Positions 18,764-29,201 of a stretch of DNA of 64,000 nt are shown piece after piece. The stretch is taken from contig CAISZI010000046.1 of NCBI GenBank assembly GCA_903889905.1, positions 64,853-128,852 of the forward strand, written 5' to 3'. The DNA is from Candidatus Wirthbacteria bacterium. GTDB lineage: Bacteria > Patescibacteriota > CG2-30-54-11. The translations under genes and the position numbers were made by a program. The notes below the pieces were generated by a model. It was not told the DNA's origin and did no database searches. It was given only the letters and a program-made list of their open reading frames with translations. Numbering within the stretch: position 1 is the stretch's first letter; every line of letters begins with the position of its first letter.

Positions 18764-19324
18764 TTATTCAATCACCACCTCAACCGCCTTCAAGAGCGCC
18801 AGAGCTTCCGGCAACTGGAATTTTGCCTTTTTGAGCTTGTTTTTGGTCGGGTCGATGAAATAGTTACAGGCGCCGGTGAAATCGGCTTTGGACAGGTTAC
18901 AATTTTGAAAAACCGTACGGTTCAAATCTGTGCCGGCAAACGACGTTTCCAGCAAGTCGGTTTGTTCAAACACACCATCTTCAATGCGGCAGTCTTTGAA
19001 CAATGTGCCTTTGAGTTTCATGCCGGTAAAAGTGCACATGCTCAGCACGCAGCGTTCAAAGCCAAAGGAAAGGATGAGCGGATTGATCTCGTTGAAACCA
19101 ATACCGAGTAGCTTGCATTCGACAAAGCGGACATCGTGCAGACTGGCACCGCGCAGCCTGGCCATCGAAAAGTTGCAGCGCTCACACTCAATTTCTGTCA
19201 ATTTAACACTCGTCAAATTGGCCTGCGAAAAGTCACAATCGACAAATCGGGTTTGGCTAAATTCACGACTGGATAAATTTTGCCCAGCAAACGACAGACC
19301 GCTCACGACTTCATAAACTGCCAT
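18764..19324 (-). CDS. Pentapeptide repeat protein
   Basis: Repeated F..CDFS.ANL / F..CNLS.ADF..A.NY.IDP..N.LKKAKF pattern. Confidence 0.92.
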   Translation of the reverse strand: MAVYEVVSGLSFAGQNLSSREFSQTRFVDCDFSQANLTSVKLTEIECERCNFSMARLRGASLHDVRFVECKLLGIGFNEINPLILSFGFERCVLSMCTFTGMKLKGTLFKDCRIEDGVFEQTDLLETSFAGTDLNRTVFQNCNLSKADFTGACNYFIDPTKNKLKKAKFQLPEALALLKAVEVVIE

Positions 19325-19548
19325 TTTATGCCCTTTGACTGTAATCCCGGCAAAGAACCAACTGGATTATACAACCCTTGCCATTGCTTCGCGAACAGAG
19401 ACCTACCCTTAAGCTAGCCTGTGGCTTGTTTAAATGTAATGCCAGTGTCTGATCAATACACTTAAACCCTTGACACGTTTTGCCTTTGGTTATATATTTA
19501 CTTGGTAAATTATTTACTATCTAAAGTATATTGCTTAGAGGCGATCCC

Positions 19549-20016
19549 ATGGACCAAGCTGCCATCAGTGCCCGTGCCGAAGAGTTTGAAGCCGCACTCA
19601 GCCAAATCCGGCGCACACATCTTGGTCACGATCAAACGACGGATCTGCGCCATTCCGAAATTCACTTCCTCATGCTGATTGCCAAAGTCAGCGATAAACA
19701 GGCTGTGACGCCCTCGGACATTGCCAAAAAAATGGAAATCTCCCTGAGCGCCATCACGCATCACCTCACCGCACTGGAAAACAAAGGCTACATCAGCCGT
19801 ACGCCCTCGCCAGACGATAAGCGCGTCACCCTGGTTACCCTTTCGGACAGGGGCAAACTGCTGGTGGACAAACTCCAGGCAGGATTTTGGAAAAAACTCT
19901 GTGGCCTGGTGGAATTTCTGGGTGACGATGACAGCCGCGAATTGATTCAATTGCTCACCAAAATGACGACTTATATCAACCAAATCAAAAGCGTTAATCC
20001 AAAAGAAGGAATATAA
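19549..20016 (+). CDS. MarR-family transcriptional regulator
   Basis: TPSDIA..M.IS.SAIT.HL..LE.KGYI.R...DDKR...V.L...G; ATG at 19549. Confidence 0.9.
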   Translation: MDQAAISARAEEFEAALSQIRRTHLGHDQTTDLRHSEIHFLMLIAKVSDKQAVTPSDIAKKMEISLSAITHHLTALENKGYISRTPSPDDKRVTLVTLSDRGKLLVDKLQAGFWKKLCGLVEFLGDDDSRELIQLLTKMTTYINQIKSVNPKEGI

Positions 20017-20018
20017 GC

Positions 20019-21827
20019 ATGCTCAAACTCGCCAAGTACCTCAAACCCTACTGGCTACAGATCGTGGCCATCATCGCACTGGTGTATGTGCAGGTCCAAA
20101 CTGACCTCGCACTCCCCGACTATATGGCTCGTATCGTCAACCAGGGCATTGTGCTCAAAGACAACACCTACATCTGGAACACCGGCATTACCATGCTGCT
20201 GGTGGCGCTGCTGGGCGCGGTCTGTACCGTGATTGTCAGCTACTTTGCCTCGCGCGTGGCCGTGGGTTTTGCCAAAGACATCCGCGCCAAAACCTTTACC
20301 AAAGTCGAAAGTTTTTCACTTGTGGAATTTAATCGCTTTTCCACTGCATCCCTCATCACTCGTTCCACCAATGACATCCAGCAGATCCAAATGGTGATGG
20401 TGATGATCCTGCGCTTTGTGCTCTATGCCCCGATCCTCGGTTTTGGCGCCATTCTCAAAGCCAATCAGATGGCGCCCTCGATGACCTGGATTATGGGCCT
20501 GGCCGTTGCGACCCTGGTTAGCATTATCGTGCTGCTCTTTAGCATTGCTCTCCCCAAATTCCAGGCCTTGCAAAAACTCGTCGACAAACTCAACCTGGTG
20601 ACCCGCCAGATCCTGACCGGCATCCGCGTCATCCGGGCCTTTGATCGCGAACAAGTAGAAGCGGTGAACTTTGACAAAGCCAACCGTGACCTCACCGATG
20701 TCAATTTGTTTGTCAACCGCCTGATGGTCGTGATGCAACCTTTCATGATGCTGATTTTCAACGTCACCGCGCTAGCCGTCATCTGGGTTGGTTCGCATCT
20801 GATCAATACCGGCAACCTCCAGATCGGCGACATGGTGGCATTCTTGCAGTATTCCATGCAGGTGATCATGGCCTTCCTGATGATCTCAATCGTCTTCATC
20901 ATGGTGCCGCGCGCTTCGGTTTCGGGTGCTCGTGTCGCCGAAGTACTGGAATCAGAACCCACCATCAAAAACCCCACAAGTCCGATCAAGTCCGTTGCGG
21001 CGGGAACCGGCGTCGTCGAATTCAAAGATGTGAGTTTTGCTTATCCTGGCGCCAAAATGTCCGTACTCTGCAATGTGTCATTTGTAGCCAAACCAGGAGA
21101 AACGACAGCATTTATCGGCAGTACCGGCAGTGGCAAGTCCACCCTGATCAACCTGATCCCACGTTTTTATGACGTGACGGAGGGCCAGGTACTGATCGAT
21201 GGCGTCGATGTAAGACAGATGAACATGGAAGACCTTTATGCCAAACTCGGCTATGTTCCCCAAAAAGGCGTGCTGTTTTCTGGTACCGTCGATTCCAATA
21301 TCAAATACGGTGCCCCCCACGCCAGTGATGAACAGATTGCCAAAGCCGCCCGCATTGCCCAAGCCACAGAATTTGTCGAGCAATTAGAAGACAAATACAC
21401 TGCCCCCATTGCCCAGGGTGGAACCAATGTCTCAGGTGGCCAAAAACAGCGCCTCTCCATTGCCCGTGCGGTCGTACGCGACCCGGAAATTTTCATTTTT
21501 GATGACAGCTTCTCGGCTGTCGACTTCAAAACGGATGCAGCTCTACGCGCAGCGCTCAAAGCCGAAATCAACCACAAGACCGTCCTGATTGTGGCCCAGC
21601 GTATCAGCACGATTTTGGACGCTGACCAGATTGTCGTGCTCAACGAAGGCAATGTGGTGGGCAAGGGCCGCCACGCCGATCTGATGAAAACCTGCCCGGT
21701 CTACCAGGAAATCGCGCGCTCGCAACTGTCGGAAAAAGAATTAAGCACCTATGCCGAAAACCACACCCAGTCCCAAGCCAACACCACGCCGCTGCAATTT
21801 AAGCCCATTCTCGAAGGAGCCAAATAA
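20019..21827 (+). CDS. Heterodimeric ABC exporter subunit A (TMD + NBD)
   Basis: GSTGSGKS, VSGGQKQR, degenerate FDDSFSA Walker B. Confidence 0.95.
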   Translation: MLKLAKYLKPYWLQIVAIIALVYVQVQTDLALPDYMARIVNQGIVLKDNTYIWNTGITMLLVALLGAVCTVIVSYFASRVAVGFAKDIRAKTFTKVESFSLVEFNRFSTASLITRSTNDIQQIQMVMVMILRFVLYAPILGFGAILKANQMAPSMTWIMGLAVATLVSIIVLLFSIALPKFQALQKLVDKLNLVTRQILTGIRVIRAFDREQVEAVNFDKANRDLTDVNLFVNRLMVVMQPFMMLIFNVTALAVIWVGSHLINTGNLQIGDMVAFLQYSMQVIMAFLMISIVFIMVPRASVSGARVAEVLESEPTIKNPTSPIKSVAAGTGVVEFKDVSFAYPGAKMSVLCNVSFVAKPGETTAFIGSTGSGKSTLINLIPRFYDVTEGQVLIDGVDVRQMNMEDLYAKLGYVPQKGVLFSGTVDSNIKYGAPHASDEQIAKAARIAQATEFVEQLEDKYTAPIAQGGTNVSGGQKQRLSIARAVVRDPEIFIFDDSFSAVDFKTDAALRAALKAEINHKTVLIVAQRISTILDADQIVVLNEGNVVGKGRHADLMKTCPVYQEIARSQLSEKELSTYAENHTQSQANTTPLQFKPILEGAK

Positions 21828-23860
21828 TGAGTGATCAACCCAACAACGCGATTCCTCCCAAACAACCTCCTCGCCGCATGGGCGGTCCCATGGGTGGCAT
21901 GGGTGGCCCCATGGGCGGCATGATGGGCGGCGCCAAAGCCAAAAATTTCAAAGGAACTTTGGGCAAACTGGTGCAATACATGCGTCCTTTCTGGATCTCG
22001 ATTATCATCGTCATTGTTTTCGCCATCCTCAGCACTGTCTTCAGCATCATGAGCCCCAAAATCCTGGGCAACATGACCAACCAGGTCGTCAGTGACTACA
22101 TCAATATGACCGTCTATGACCAAACCATGGCCCGCCTGCCTGCAGGCACGACGCTTGCTCCCGGCACCACTGGCGCCCAGATTCTCAAAAGTGCACCCGC
22201 GGCGGCGTTGCAAAAAATCCCAGCTGATCAACTTGCCAAAATTCAATCCTTGGATTTTAGCCACCGTCCAGGCGTCAACTTTGACACCCTGGGCAAGACT
22301 GCCATGTTGCTCCTGTTCTTGTATGCCTTGAGTGCGATCTTCAGCTACATACAGGGTTGGATCATGACCAGTGTGTCGCAAAAAATCACCTACCAGTTCC
22401 GCACCGACATTGCCGCCAAAATCAACCGCCTGCCACTCAAATTCTATGATTCCAAAACCCATGGCGAAATCCTCAGTCGCGTCACCAACGACGTCGACAC
22501 CGTCAGCCAAACCCTCAACCAGAGCCTGTCGCAGATCGTCACTTCAGTGACCATGCTGGTCGGCATCCTGGTGATGATGTTCTCGATCAGTTTCTGGATG
22601 ACTCTGGTCGCGTTACTGGTGCTGCCACTTAGCATGGGTTTTATTACCACCATTGTCAAAAAGTCCCAGGGCTATTTCAAACAGCAACAGGAATCGCTGG
22701 GGAATATCAATGGCCATATCGAAGAAATGTATTCGGGCCATAATGTGATGAAAGTCTTTAACGGTGAAGCGCGCTCCATCGCCAAATTCAGCACGATCAA
22801 CGATGAACTCTTTGTCAGCGGCTGGAAATCACAGTTTCTCTCTGGCCTGATGTTCCCGATCATGAACTTCATTGGCAACCTCGGCTATATCGGGATTGCG
22901 GTACTGGGCGGTTACCTCGCTATCAACGGTAAACTGCAGATCGGCGATATCCAGGCTTTTATCCAGTACATGCGCCAGTTCAACCAGCCCATTGCCCAGA
23001 CCGCCAATATTGCCAACGTCATGCAATCCACCGCCGCTGCCGCCGAACATGTGTTTGAATTCCTGGCCGAAACCGATGAAATCCCCGAAGCTGCAAATCC
23101 TAAATCCTTGGGACAGGTTCAAGGAACCGTGGAATTCAACCACGTTGTCTTTGGCTACAATGCTGACAAGACCATCATCCACGACTTCACGGCCAAAGTC
23201 GCACCCGGCCAGCGTATCGCCATTGTCGGGCCCACCGGCGCTGGCAAAACCACCATGGTCAATCTGCTCATGCGTTTCTATGACGTCAGTAGCGGTGCAA
23301 TCAAAATTGACGGCATTGATATCCGCGACCTGAAGCGTGCCGATGTGCGCAAATGCTTTGGCATGGTGCTGCAGGACACCTGGCTGTTCAATGGCACCAT
23401 CCGCGACAACATTGCCTACGGCAAACCCGACGCCACCGAAGCCGAAATCCTGAGCGCCGCCAAGGCTGCCCAGGTCGACCACTTCGTCAACTCGCTTCCC
23501 AAAGGTTACGACCTCGAACTCAATGAAGAAGCCGATAATATCTCACAAGGTGAAAAACAGCTACTGACCATTGCTCGTGCCATGCTCGCCAAGACGCCCA
23601 TGCTTATCCTGGACGAAGCCACCAGTTCGGTCGACACCCGAACCGAAGTCCTCATCCAAAAAGCCATGGACAACCTGATGAAAGGCAAAACCTGCTTTGT
23701 CATTGCCCATCGTCTCAGCACCATCCGCGACGCCGACCTGATCCTGGTCATGGACCATGGCAACATCGTTGAACAGGGCTCACACACGCAACTCCTGGCC
23801 CAAAACGGCTTCTATGCCAATTTGTACAACAGCCAGTTCGCCGGTTCGGACGCAGCATAA
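21827..23860 (+). CDS. Heterodimeric ABC exporter subunit B (TMD + NBD)
   Basis: GPTGAGKT, ISQGEKQ, LDEATSSVD, IAHRLST. Confidence 0.95.
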   Translation: MSDQPNNAIPPKQPPRRMGGPMGGMGGPMGGMMGGAKAKNFKGTLGKLVQYMRPFWISIIIVIVFAILSTVFSIMSPKILGNMTNQVVSDYINMTVYDQTMARLPAGTTLAPGTTGAQILKSAPAAALQKIPADQLAKIQSLDFSHRPGVNFDTLGKTAMLLLFLYALSAIFSYIQGWIMTSVSQKITYQFRTDIAAKINRLPLKFYDSKTHGEILSRVTNDVDTVSQTLNQSLSQIVTSVTMLVGILVMMFSISFWMTLVALLVLPLSMGFITTIVKKSQGYFKQQQESLGNINGHIEEMYSGHNVMKVFNGEARSIAKFSTINDELFVSGWKSQFLSGLMFPIMNFIGNLGYIGIAVLGGYLAINGKLQIGDIQAFIQYMRQFNQPIAQTANIANVMQSTAAAAEHVFEFLAETDEIPEAANPKSLGQVQGTVEFNHVVFGYNADKTIIHDFTAKVAPGQRIAIVGPTGAGKTTMVNLLMRFYDVSSGAIKIDGIDIRDLKRADVRKCFGMVLQDTWLFNGTIRDNIAYGKPDATEAEILSAAKAAQVDHFVNSLPKGYDLELNEEADNISQGEKQLLTIARAMLAKTPMLILDEATSSVDTRTEVLIQKAMDNLMKGKTCFVIAHRLSTIRDADLILVMDHGNIVEQGSHTQLLAQNGFYANLYNSQFAGSDAA

Positions 23861-23885
23861 AAACAAGTCGCCAAAACCCTGACAT

Positions 23886-23919
23886 AAAATCCCGCGTTGC
23901 CTGCAACGCGGGATTTTAT
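23886..23919 (+). terminator. Intrinsic terminator
   Basis: AAAATCCCGCGTTGC-CT-GCAACGCGGGATTTT directly after the ABC operon. Confidence 0.85.
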
Positions 23920-24003
23920 TGTGATTAATTTTCTTTAAATATTTTTTAATCATTGGGCTCTAGACTTCGCTTGCAATCAACCATTTCTTAAATCCTGAAA
24001 AAC

Positions 24004-24468
24004 ATGACCACCCGAACCGTTTCCCGCCTCCTCTCCATCACCCTGATGAGCTTGAGCTTTGGTGTCCTCACCCCATCTGCCACACAAGCTGCAACAAGGA
24101 TCTCGGGCCGCCAAAGTATAAAAATTGTTCATGAAGTTTCTCCCTGGCCCAGTGCCGACGAACGTCAACGTATCCAGAACTGGCTAAGTGAAGCACGGCA
24201 AAATTCCGACAATCTCCAAGTCAATCTGGCTCAGGACAGTCACCGGCTAACCATTACCATCAGTTCGTCCCAAGCAAATGTGAGCGCGTGGCTGCAAAAC
24301 TGGTTCAAGGAGCAGCAAACCGTGGTTATGGGAGATGCCAGTCAGACTTTTGGGGCTGACCACATTTCGTATGATATAAAAAACACAACCAGCGGCGTCC
24401 AGATCACCGTGATAAGTGACAACCTGCATTTTGTCACGGACTTGTATCAACGTTTGCTGTTAAGCTAA
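24004..24468 (+). CDS. Secreted hypothetical protein
   Basis: Signal peptide ending ATQA; internal duplication (LTITISS / VQITVISD). Confidence 0.6.
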   Translation: MTTRTVSRLLSITLMSLSFGVLTPSATQAATRISGRQSIKIVHEVSPWPSADERQRIQNWLSEARQNSDNLQVNLAQDSHRLTITISSSQANVSAWLQNWFKEQQTVVMGDASQTFGADHISYDIKNTTSGVQITVISDNLHFVTDLYQRLLLS

Positions 24469-24508
24469 GTGTAAAAACACCGTTAAAGTAATCTTTTACT
24501 CTACTCCA

Positions 24509-24684
24509 ACGGGCGGGTTGAAAATTTAGCAAGGAGTCACGCATGAGTCACCGCTTAGCCAGTGGCAATGAACCGCCAAGTTGAGCGAGCCAACTATCTA
24601 ACCAAGGTCGTGCCAAACGCAACTACCTTCGAGTCAAACCTCGGGATCGGATTTGACTCCTTGCTAATTTTTCAACCCACTCGT
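24509..24684. mobile_element. MITE-like element or long structured hairpin (176 bp, 31-bp terminal inverted repeats)
   Basis: ACGGGCGGGTTGAAAATTTAGCAAGGAGTCA vs reverse complement of the right end ACGAGTGGGTTGAAAAATTAGCAAGGAGTCA (28/31); no ORF inside. Confidence 0.6.
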
Positions 24685-24731
24685 CCCAACCATTAAGTTT
24701 TTTCTAAGCATTTACGAGGTATACTCCATTC

Positions 24732-25406
24732 ATGAAAATACTCATTATCGAAGACGAACACAAGATCGCGCAAGCACTCAAGGAAGGCCTCGAGCAGGAA
24801 TCCTTCGCCGTGGACGTGCGCTTTGACGGCGAGGCCGGACTCCAGGCTGGGTTGTTTGACGACTACGACCTGATCCTGCTGGACGTGATGCTGCCCAAGC
24901 GCGATGGCATGGAAGTTTGCCGCGAGCTGCGCCAAAACAATATTCACACGCCAATTCTAATGCTCACTGCCCGCGACCAGAATCGCGACATCATCCAAGG
25001 CCTGAACCAGGGAGCCGACGATTATTTGCCCAAACCATTTTCCTTTGAAGTCCTGCTTGCCCGCATCCGGGCGCTCCTCCGCCGCCCGCACGAAGCCATC
25101 TCTACCGTACTCAAAGTGGCTGACCTCAGCCTCGATACCGTGACCAAGGAAGTGAAGCGCGCTGGCAAACCGATCAAACTGTCGGCCAAGGAATTTGCCT
25201 TGCTGGAGTACCTGATGCGTAGCCAAGGCAAAGTGCTGACCAAAAACAACATCCTCACCCACGTCTGGGATTTTGACGCCGATGTGCTGCCCAACAATCT
25301 AGAAGTGTTTATCTCTTACTTACGCGCCAAAGTGGATAAACCTTTTAAAAAATCACTCATCCACACCGTCCACGGCTTTGGTTACAAACTGGGAGAATCG
25401 GCATGA
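24732..25406 (+). CDS. OmpR-family response regulator
   Basis: ILIIEDE, LDVMLP, GADDYLPKPF, TVHGFGY. Confidence 0.95.
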   Translation: MKILIIEDEHKIAQALKEGLEQESFAVDVRFDGEAGLQAGLFDDYDLILLDVMLPKRDGMEVCRELRQNNIHTPILMLTARDQNRDIIQGLNQGADDYLPKPFSFEVLLARIRALLRRPHEAISTVLKVADLSLDTVTKEVKRAGKPIKLSAKEFALLEYLMRSQGKVLTKNNILTHVWDFDADVLPNNLEVFISYLRAKVDKPFKKSLIHTVHGFGYKLGESA

Positions 25407-26437
25407 ACTTGCCTCGTGTCATGCGTTTTTTGAAAACCGCCACGGCCAGACTCACCTTTTCCTATCTGGCCATTATCATGGCGATGAGCATTGGCTTTAG
25501 CTTTGTCCTGTTCAACACATCGGCGCACGAATTAAATCGCCAGCTCCCGCCAAGCTCGGTCTATGAAATGCAAATGGGCAACCCCAACATGCGACCGATC
25601 AAAAATCAGGTCGACCAATTTCTGCAGCAACGCATCCAGGATGGCCAAAACAATCTGGTTCTCAATTTGATTGTCCTCAATCTGCTCACTTTGTCAGCCG
25701 GCAGTTTAATCAGCTTTGCGCTCGCGCGCTACACCCTGCACCCGATCGAAGCCGCCATGGCCGCCCAGAGCCGATTTATTTCCGACGCCTCGCACGAACT
25801 TCGGACACCGCTCACTGCCATGCAAACCGCAAGTGAAGTCGCCCTACGCAAACCCAAACTGGAACTCAAGGATGCCAAAGCCTTGATCGCCTCCAATATC
25901 GAAGAAGTCGCCAAACTCAAAACCCTGTCCGATGGCTTGCTGACGCTGGCCAGACAGGAACAAACAGTTGCCGTACGACAACCGGTGGCGCTGCAGGCGG
26001 TGGTAAGTGAAGCATTGAACAAAGTCATCCCACTCGCGCAATCCAAAGCAATCACCGTCGATGACAAAGTACCCAACCTCATCGTCTTTGGCGAAGAACA
26101 GAGCTTGGTTCAACTGCTGGTGATCCTGCTCGATAACGCCATCAAATACAGTGACGCCCACACAACCATTCACCTCAGCGGACAGCACAAAAACGGGAAT
26201 GCCTGTTTGAGCATCCGCGACGAAGGGCTGGGTATCCGCGCCTCAGATCTACCCCATGTCTTTGACCGTTTCTACCGCGCCAACACGGCCCGGAGCAGGG
26301 ACGCCCACGACGGCTATGGCCTGGGTTTGTCGATTGCCAAAACCATCGTCGATGGCCTGCACGGCAAACTCTCCGTCGAAAGCAAACTCGGCGAAGGGTC
26401 AACTTTTACGATCAAACTACCCCCGGCCCAGGTTTAA
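25403..26437 (+). CDS. Sensor histidine kinase
   Basis: DASHELRTPL, LLDNAIKYS, FDRFYR, GYGLGLSI. Confidence 0.95.
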   Translation: MNLPRVMRFLKTATARLTFSYLAIIMAMSIGFSFVLFNTSAHELNRQLPPSSVYEMQMGNPNMRPIKNQVDQFLQQRIQDGQNNLVLNLIVLNLLTLSAGSLISFALARYTLHPIEAAMAAQSRFISDASHELRTPLTAMQTASEVALRKPKLELKDAKALIASNIEEVAKLKTLSDGLLTLARQEQTVAVRQPVALQAVVSEALNKVIPLAQSKAITVDDKVPNLIVFGEEQSLVQLLVILLDNAIKYSDAHTTIHLSGQHKNGNACLSIRDEGLGIRASDLPHVFDRFYRANTARSRDAHDGYGLGLSIAKTIVDGLHGKLSVESKLGEGSTFTIKLPPAQV

Positions 26438-26525
26438 GTTCTTTTTAAACTTTGCGACAGATAATGAATTGAGACTTTCACCAATCGAGTGAAAGGCTAA
26501 CCCCGTTATTAACATAAAGGAGCCT

Positions 26526-28259
26526 ATGTTCTACCTCAGTTATCTGCGTGCCGAATTGCTGCGCCGTTTTGGCAAGACGCTCACCATCGCGCTCGGCCTC
26601 TCAATCGCCAGCGCCATTATCATCGCCATCATCTCGGTCTCCAGCAGCCTGCAAACTTCGCAACAAACCGTGCTCGATCCCCTCTCCAGTGTTGGCACCG
26701 ACATGCTGGTGACGCGCACCGTGAGCCAGGACAATTTACAACAAATCGACCAGACCACCCGTGACGACCTGATGGCCGACAACAACGTCTTCACAGATTT
26801 GTCCAAACTGGGCAAAGCTGGCGATGCATTCAAAAGCGATACCTTTGCCGCAGGTAGTAATCTCACTTTCCCTGTGTCTTCCACGCTCGGGCTTGATACC
26901 AGTCTGGTCGCCAATTACTCCACCGGCCTGATCATGACCGTCACCCACCAGGAAGGCACGATTCCGACCATTACCGCGTCCTTTAGCTATGGTGGCGACC
27001 AGATTCAAGTCCGCCAGGATGTCCCACAACTTTCTGATGCCGACATGCAAGCTATGCAGGCAGCACAAACCAAAGCCATGGCTGATCTTAAAGCCCAGGG
27101 CATTGATCCCAATTCCCAGGAAGGCCGCCAGGCCATGCGCCAGGCACAAAGAGGTGCAATTCCCCAACGTCAAGTCACCTCCACCGTCACCACGGAAAAG
27201 AAAACCGTGACACAGAATGTCGACACACCCCAGACTAATATCAAAACCTCCAACTACACGATTGCCGGTGTTGATCTCTCCCAAAACAACATTGGTCTGA
27301 TTTTGCCCAGCCAGGTGATCCAGGGCTCCTATTTTTCCGCCATCCCCGCGGTCGCCACGACCAAGACCGACACAACGGCAACTCCAACGACGCCGAGCTC
27401 TCCGCTCGAGGCCATCGTTAGCCAAAGCTATGCCCAGAAACAAAACATCAAGGTCGGCGACAAACTAACCCTCAGCCAAAAAGACCTCACTGTCATCGGT
27501 ATCGTCGAACCCAAACTTTACACCAACACCGCCGACGTCTACGTCAGTCTGCCTTTGCTCCAACAGCTCTCAGGCAAAACCGACCGCGTCAACATCCTCC
27601 TGATCAAATCCACCAATGCCGCCAATGTCTCGGGTAGTGAAACTGCGCTCGCCGCCCTCTTTACCGGCGCTACCGTAACCAGTGCCGCCGACACCGCCAA
27701 ACAGGTGAGTGGCTCTCTCACCAGCGTCACCAGTTTGATGAACAAATTCGTTGGGGTGATCAGCCTGATCGTCCTGATCGCCGCCTTTATCATCGTTACC
27801 CTGATCACGCTGCTCTCGGTCAACAAACGGGTCAGAGAGATCGGCACACTCAAGGCCTTTGGCTGGAGCAATTACAAAATCATCCGCCAGATCCTGATGG
27901 AAAACTTTGTGCTTGGCCTGATCGGCGCCGCGCTCGGGATTGGCTTTGCCCTGATCGGGATCTACGTCCTCAATCACGCCAACATCACCCTCAACGCCGA
28001 CGTCTCCAGTCTCAACTCCTCCCTGGGTGGTATGATTGGCCGTTTCATGGGTGGACCCGGCCGAGGTGGCAACAATGCCGCGCAAACTGCTACCAGCAAT
28101 AATGTCTCAACCACTGTCGCACTCCATGTCACGCTGGCGACGTCAACATTGCTCGTGGGCACGCTCGTCTCGATTGTCGGTTCGCTCTTCGCCGGATTGG
28201 TTGCCTCGTTCAAGGCTTCCCGCATGCGCCCCCAGGTTGCGCTACGCAATTTGGAATAA
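26526..28259 (+). CDS. FtsX/MacB-like ABC transporter permease
   Basis: N-terminal TM, large extracytoplasmic domain, R.REIGTLKA.G, C-terminal P..ALR. Confidence 0.9.
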   Translation: MFYLSYLRAELLRRFGKTLTIALGLSIASAIIIAIISVSSSLQTSQQTVLDPLSSVGTDMLVTRTVSQDNLQQIDQTTRDDLMADNNVFTDLSKLGKAGDAFKSDTFAAGSNLTFPVSSTLGLDTSLVANYSTGLIMTVTHQEGTIPTITASFSYGGDQIQVRQDVPQLSDADMQAMQAAQTKAMADLKAQGIDPNSQEGRQAMRQAQRGAIPQRQVTSTVTTEKKTVTQNVDTPQTNIKTSNYTIAGVDLSQNNIGLILPSQVIQGSYFSAIPAVATTKTDTTATPTTPSSPLEAIVSQSYAQKQNIKVGDKLTLSQKDLTVIGIVEPKLYTNTADVYVSLPLLQQLSGKTDRVNILLIKSTNAANVSGSETALAALFTGATVTSAADTAKQVSGSLTSVTSLMNKFVGVISLIVLIAAFIIVTLITLLSVNKRVREIGTLKAFGWSNYKIIRQILMENFVLGLIGAALGIGFALIGIYVLNHANITLNADVSSLNSSLGGMIGRFMGGPGRGGNNAAQTATSNNVSTTVALHVTLATSTLLVGTLVSIVGSLFAGLVASFKASRMRPQVALRNLE

Positions 28260-28424
28260 TGACGACTTAGTGATTCTGCGAACTTAGTCGGAATTATCCC
28301 ATATGTCCGGCACCCGGACGTATGGGATAATGAAAAGAACCAACACCTTAACACAGCCCCATTTATCTTCGTCCCTGTTCCGCAAGCTCAGTCATTTGTT
28401 TTCCTCTACATAAGGATTCCTCCC

Positions 28425-29144
28425 ATGGCTCTCATTGAGATAGCTGATCTCTACAAAAAATTCAAACAAGGCTCCACCACCATCAACGCCGTGGACCATA
28501 TCAATCTCACCGTTAACGAAGGCGAATTCTGGGTCATCATCGGCCCGTCCGGCAGTGGCAAAAGCACCCTACTCCAGCTCCTCGGCGCGCTCGATCGTCC
28601 CACCACCGGCAAGATTACCATCGATGGCCACGACATGACCAAACAAAGCGACGGTTCTCTCGCCAAGTTGAGACAAACCATGCTGGGTTTCGTCTTCCAG
28701 AATTTCAATCTGATTCCAACCCTCACCGCAGCACAAAACGTCGAAGCCGCCATTGCCAAACGCTCCAGTACCGACAAGCAGAAAGTCAAAGAACTGCTCA
28801 CCCAGGTCGGTCTCGAAAGCCGCGGTAATCATCTGCCCAGTCTGCTCTCCGGTGGCGAACAACAGCGAGTCGCTCTCGTCCGCGCCTTGGTCAACCACCC
28901 CCGCATTATCCTGGCTGATGAACCTACCGGCAATCTGGATAGCAAATCCGGTGAGGAAATCATGAACCTCCTGCACAAACTAAACGAAGGCGGCCAGACC
29001 GTCATCGTCATCACCCACTCCGACTACGTCAAGCAATACGCCACACATGTGGCTGAGATCAAAGATGGAAAGCTGACCGTGATCCATGGCCACCAGCCCA
29101 CCAAACGCCAAACCCGGGAAAAGGCACACCAACCCTCCTCCTAA
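28425..29144 (+). CDS. LolD/MacB-type ABC ATP-binding protein
   Basis: [27 protein letters not shown]. Confidence 0.95.
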   Translation: MALIEIADLYKKFKQGSTTINAVDHINLTVNEGEFWVIIGPSGSGKSTLLQLLGALDRPTTGKITIDGHDMTKQSDGSLAKLRQTMLGFVFQNFNLIPTLTAAQNVEAAIAKRSSTDKQKVKELLTQVGLESRGNHLPSLLSGGEQQRVALVRALVNHPRIILADEPTGNLDSKSGEEIMNLLHKLNEGGQTVIVITHSDYVKQYATHVAEIKDGKLTVIHGHQPTKRQTREKAHQPSS

Positions 29145-29201
29145 CCCCCCAGCGCCCCAAAACCATCAAAAGCATGCCTCATCACCCCGTCGCGCAAAGA
29201 C

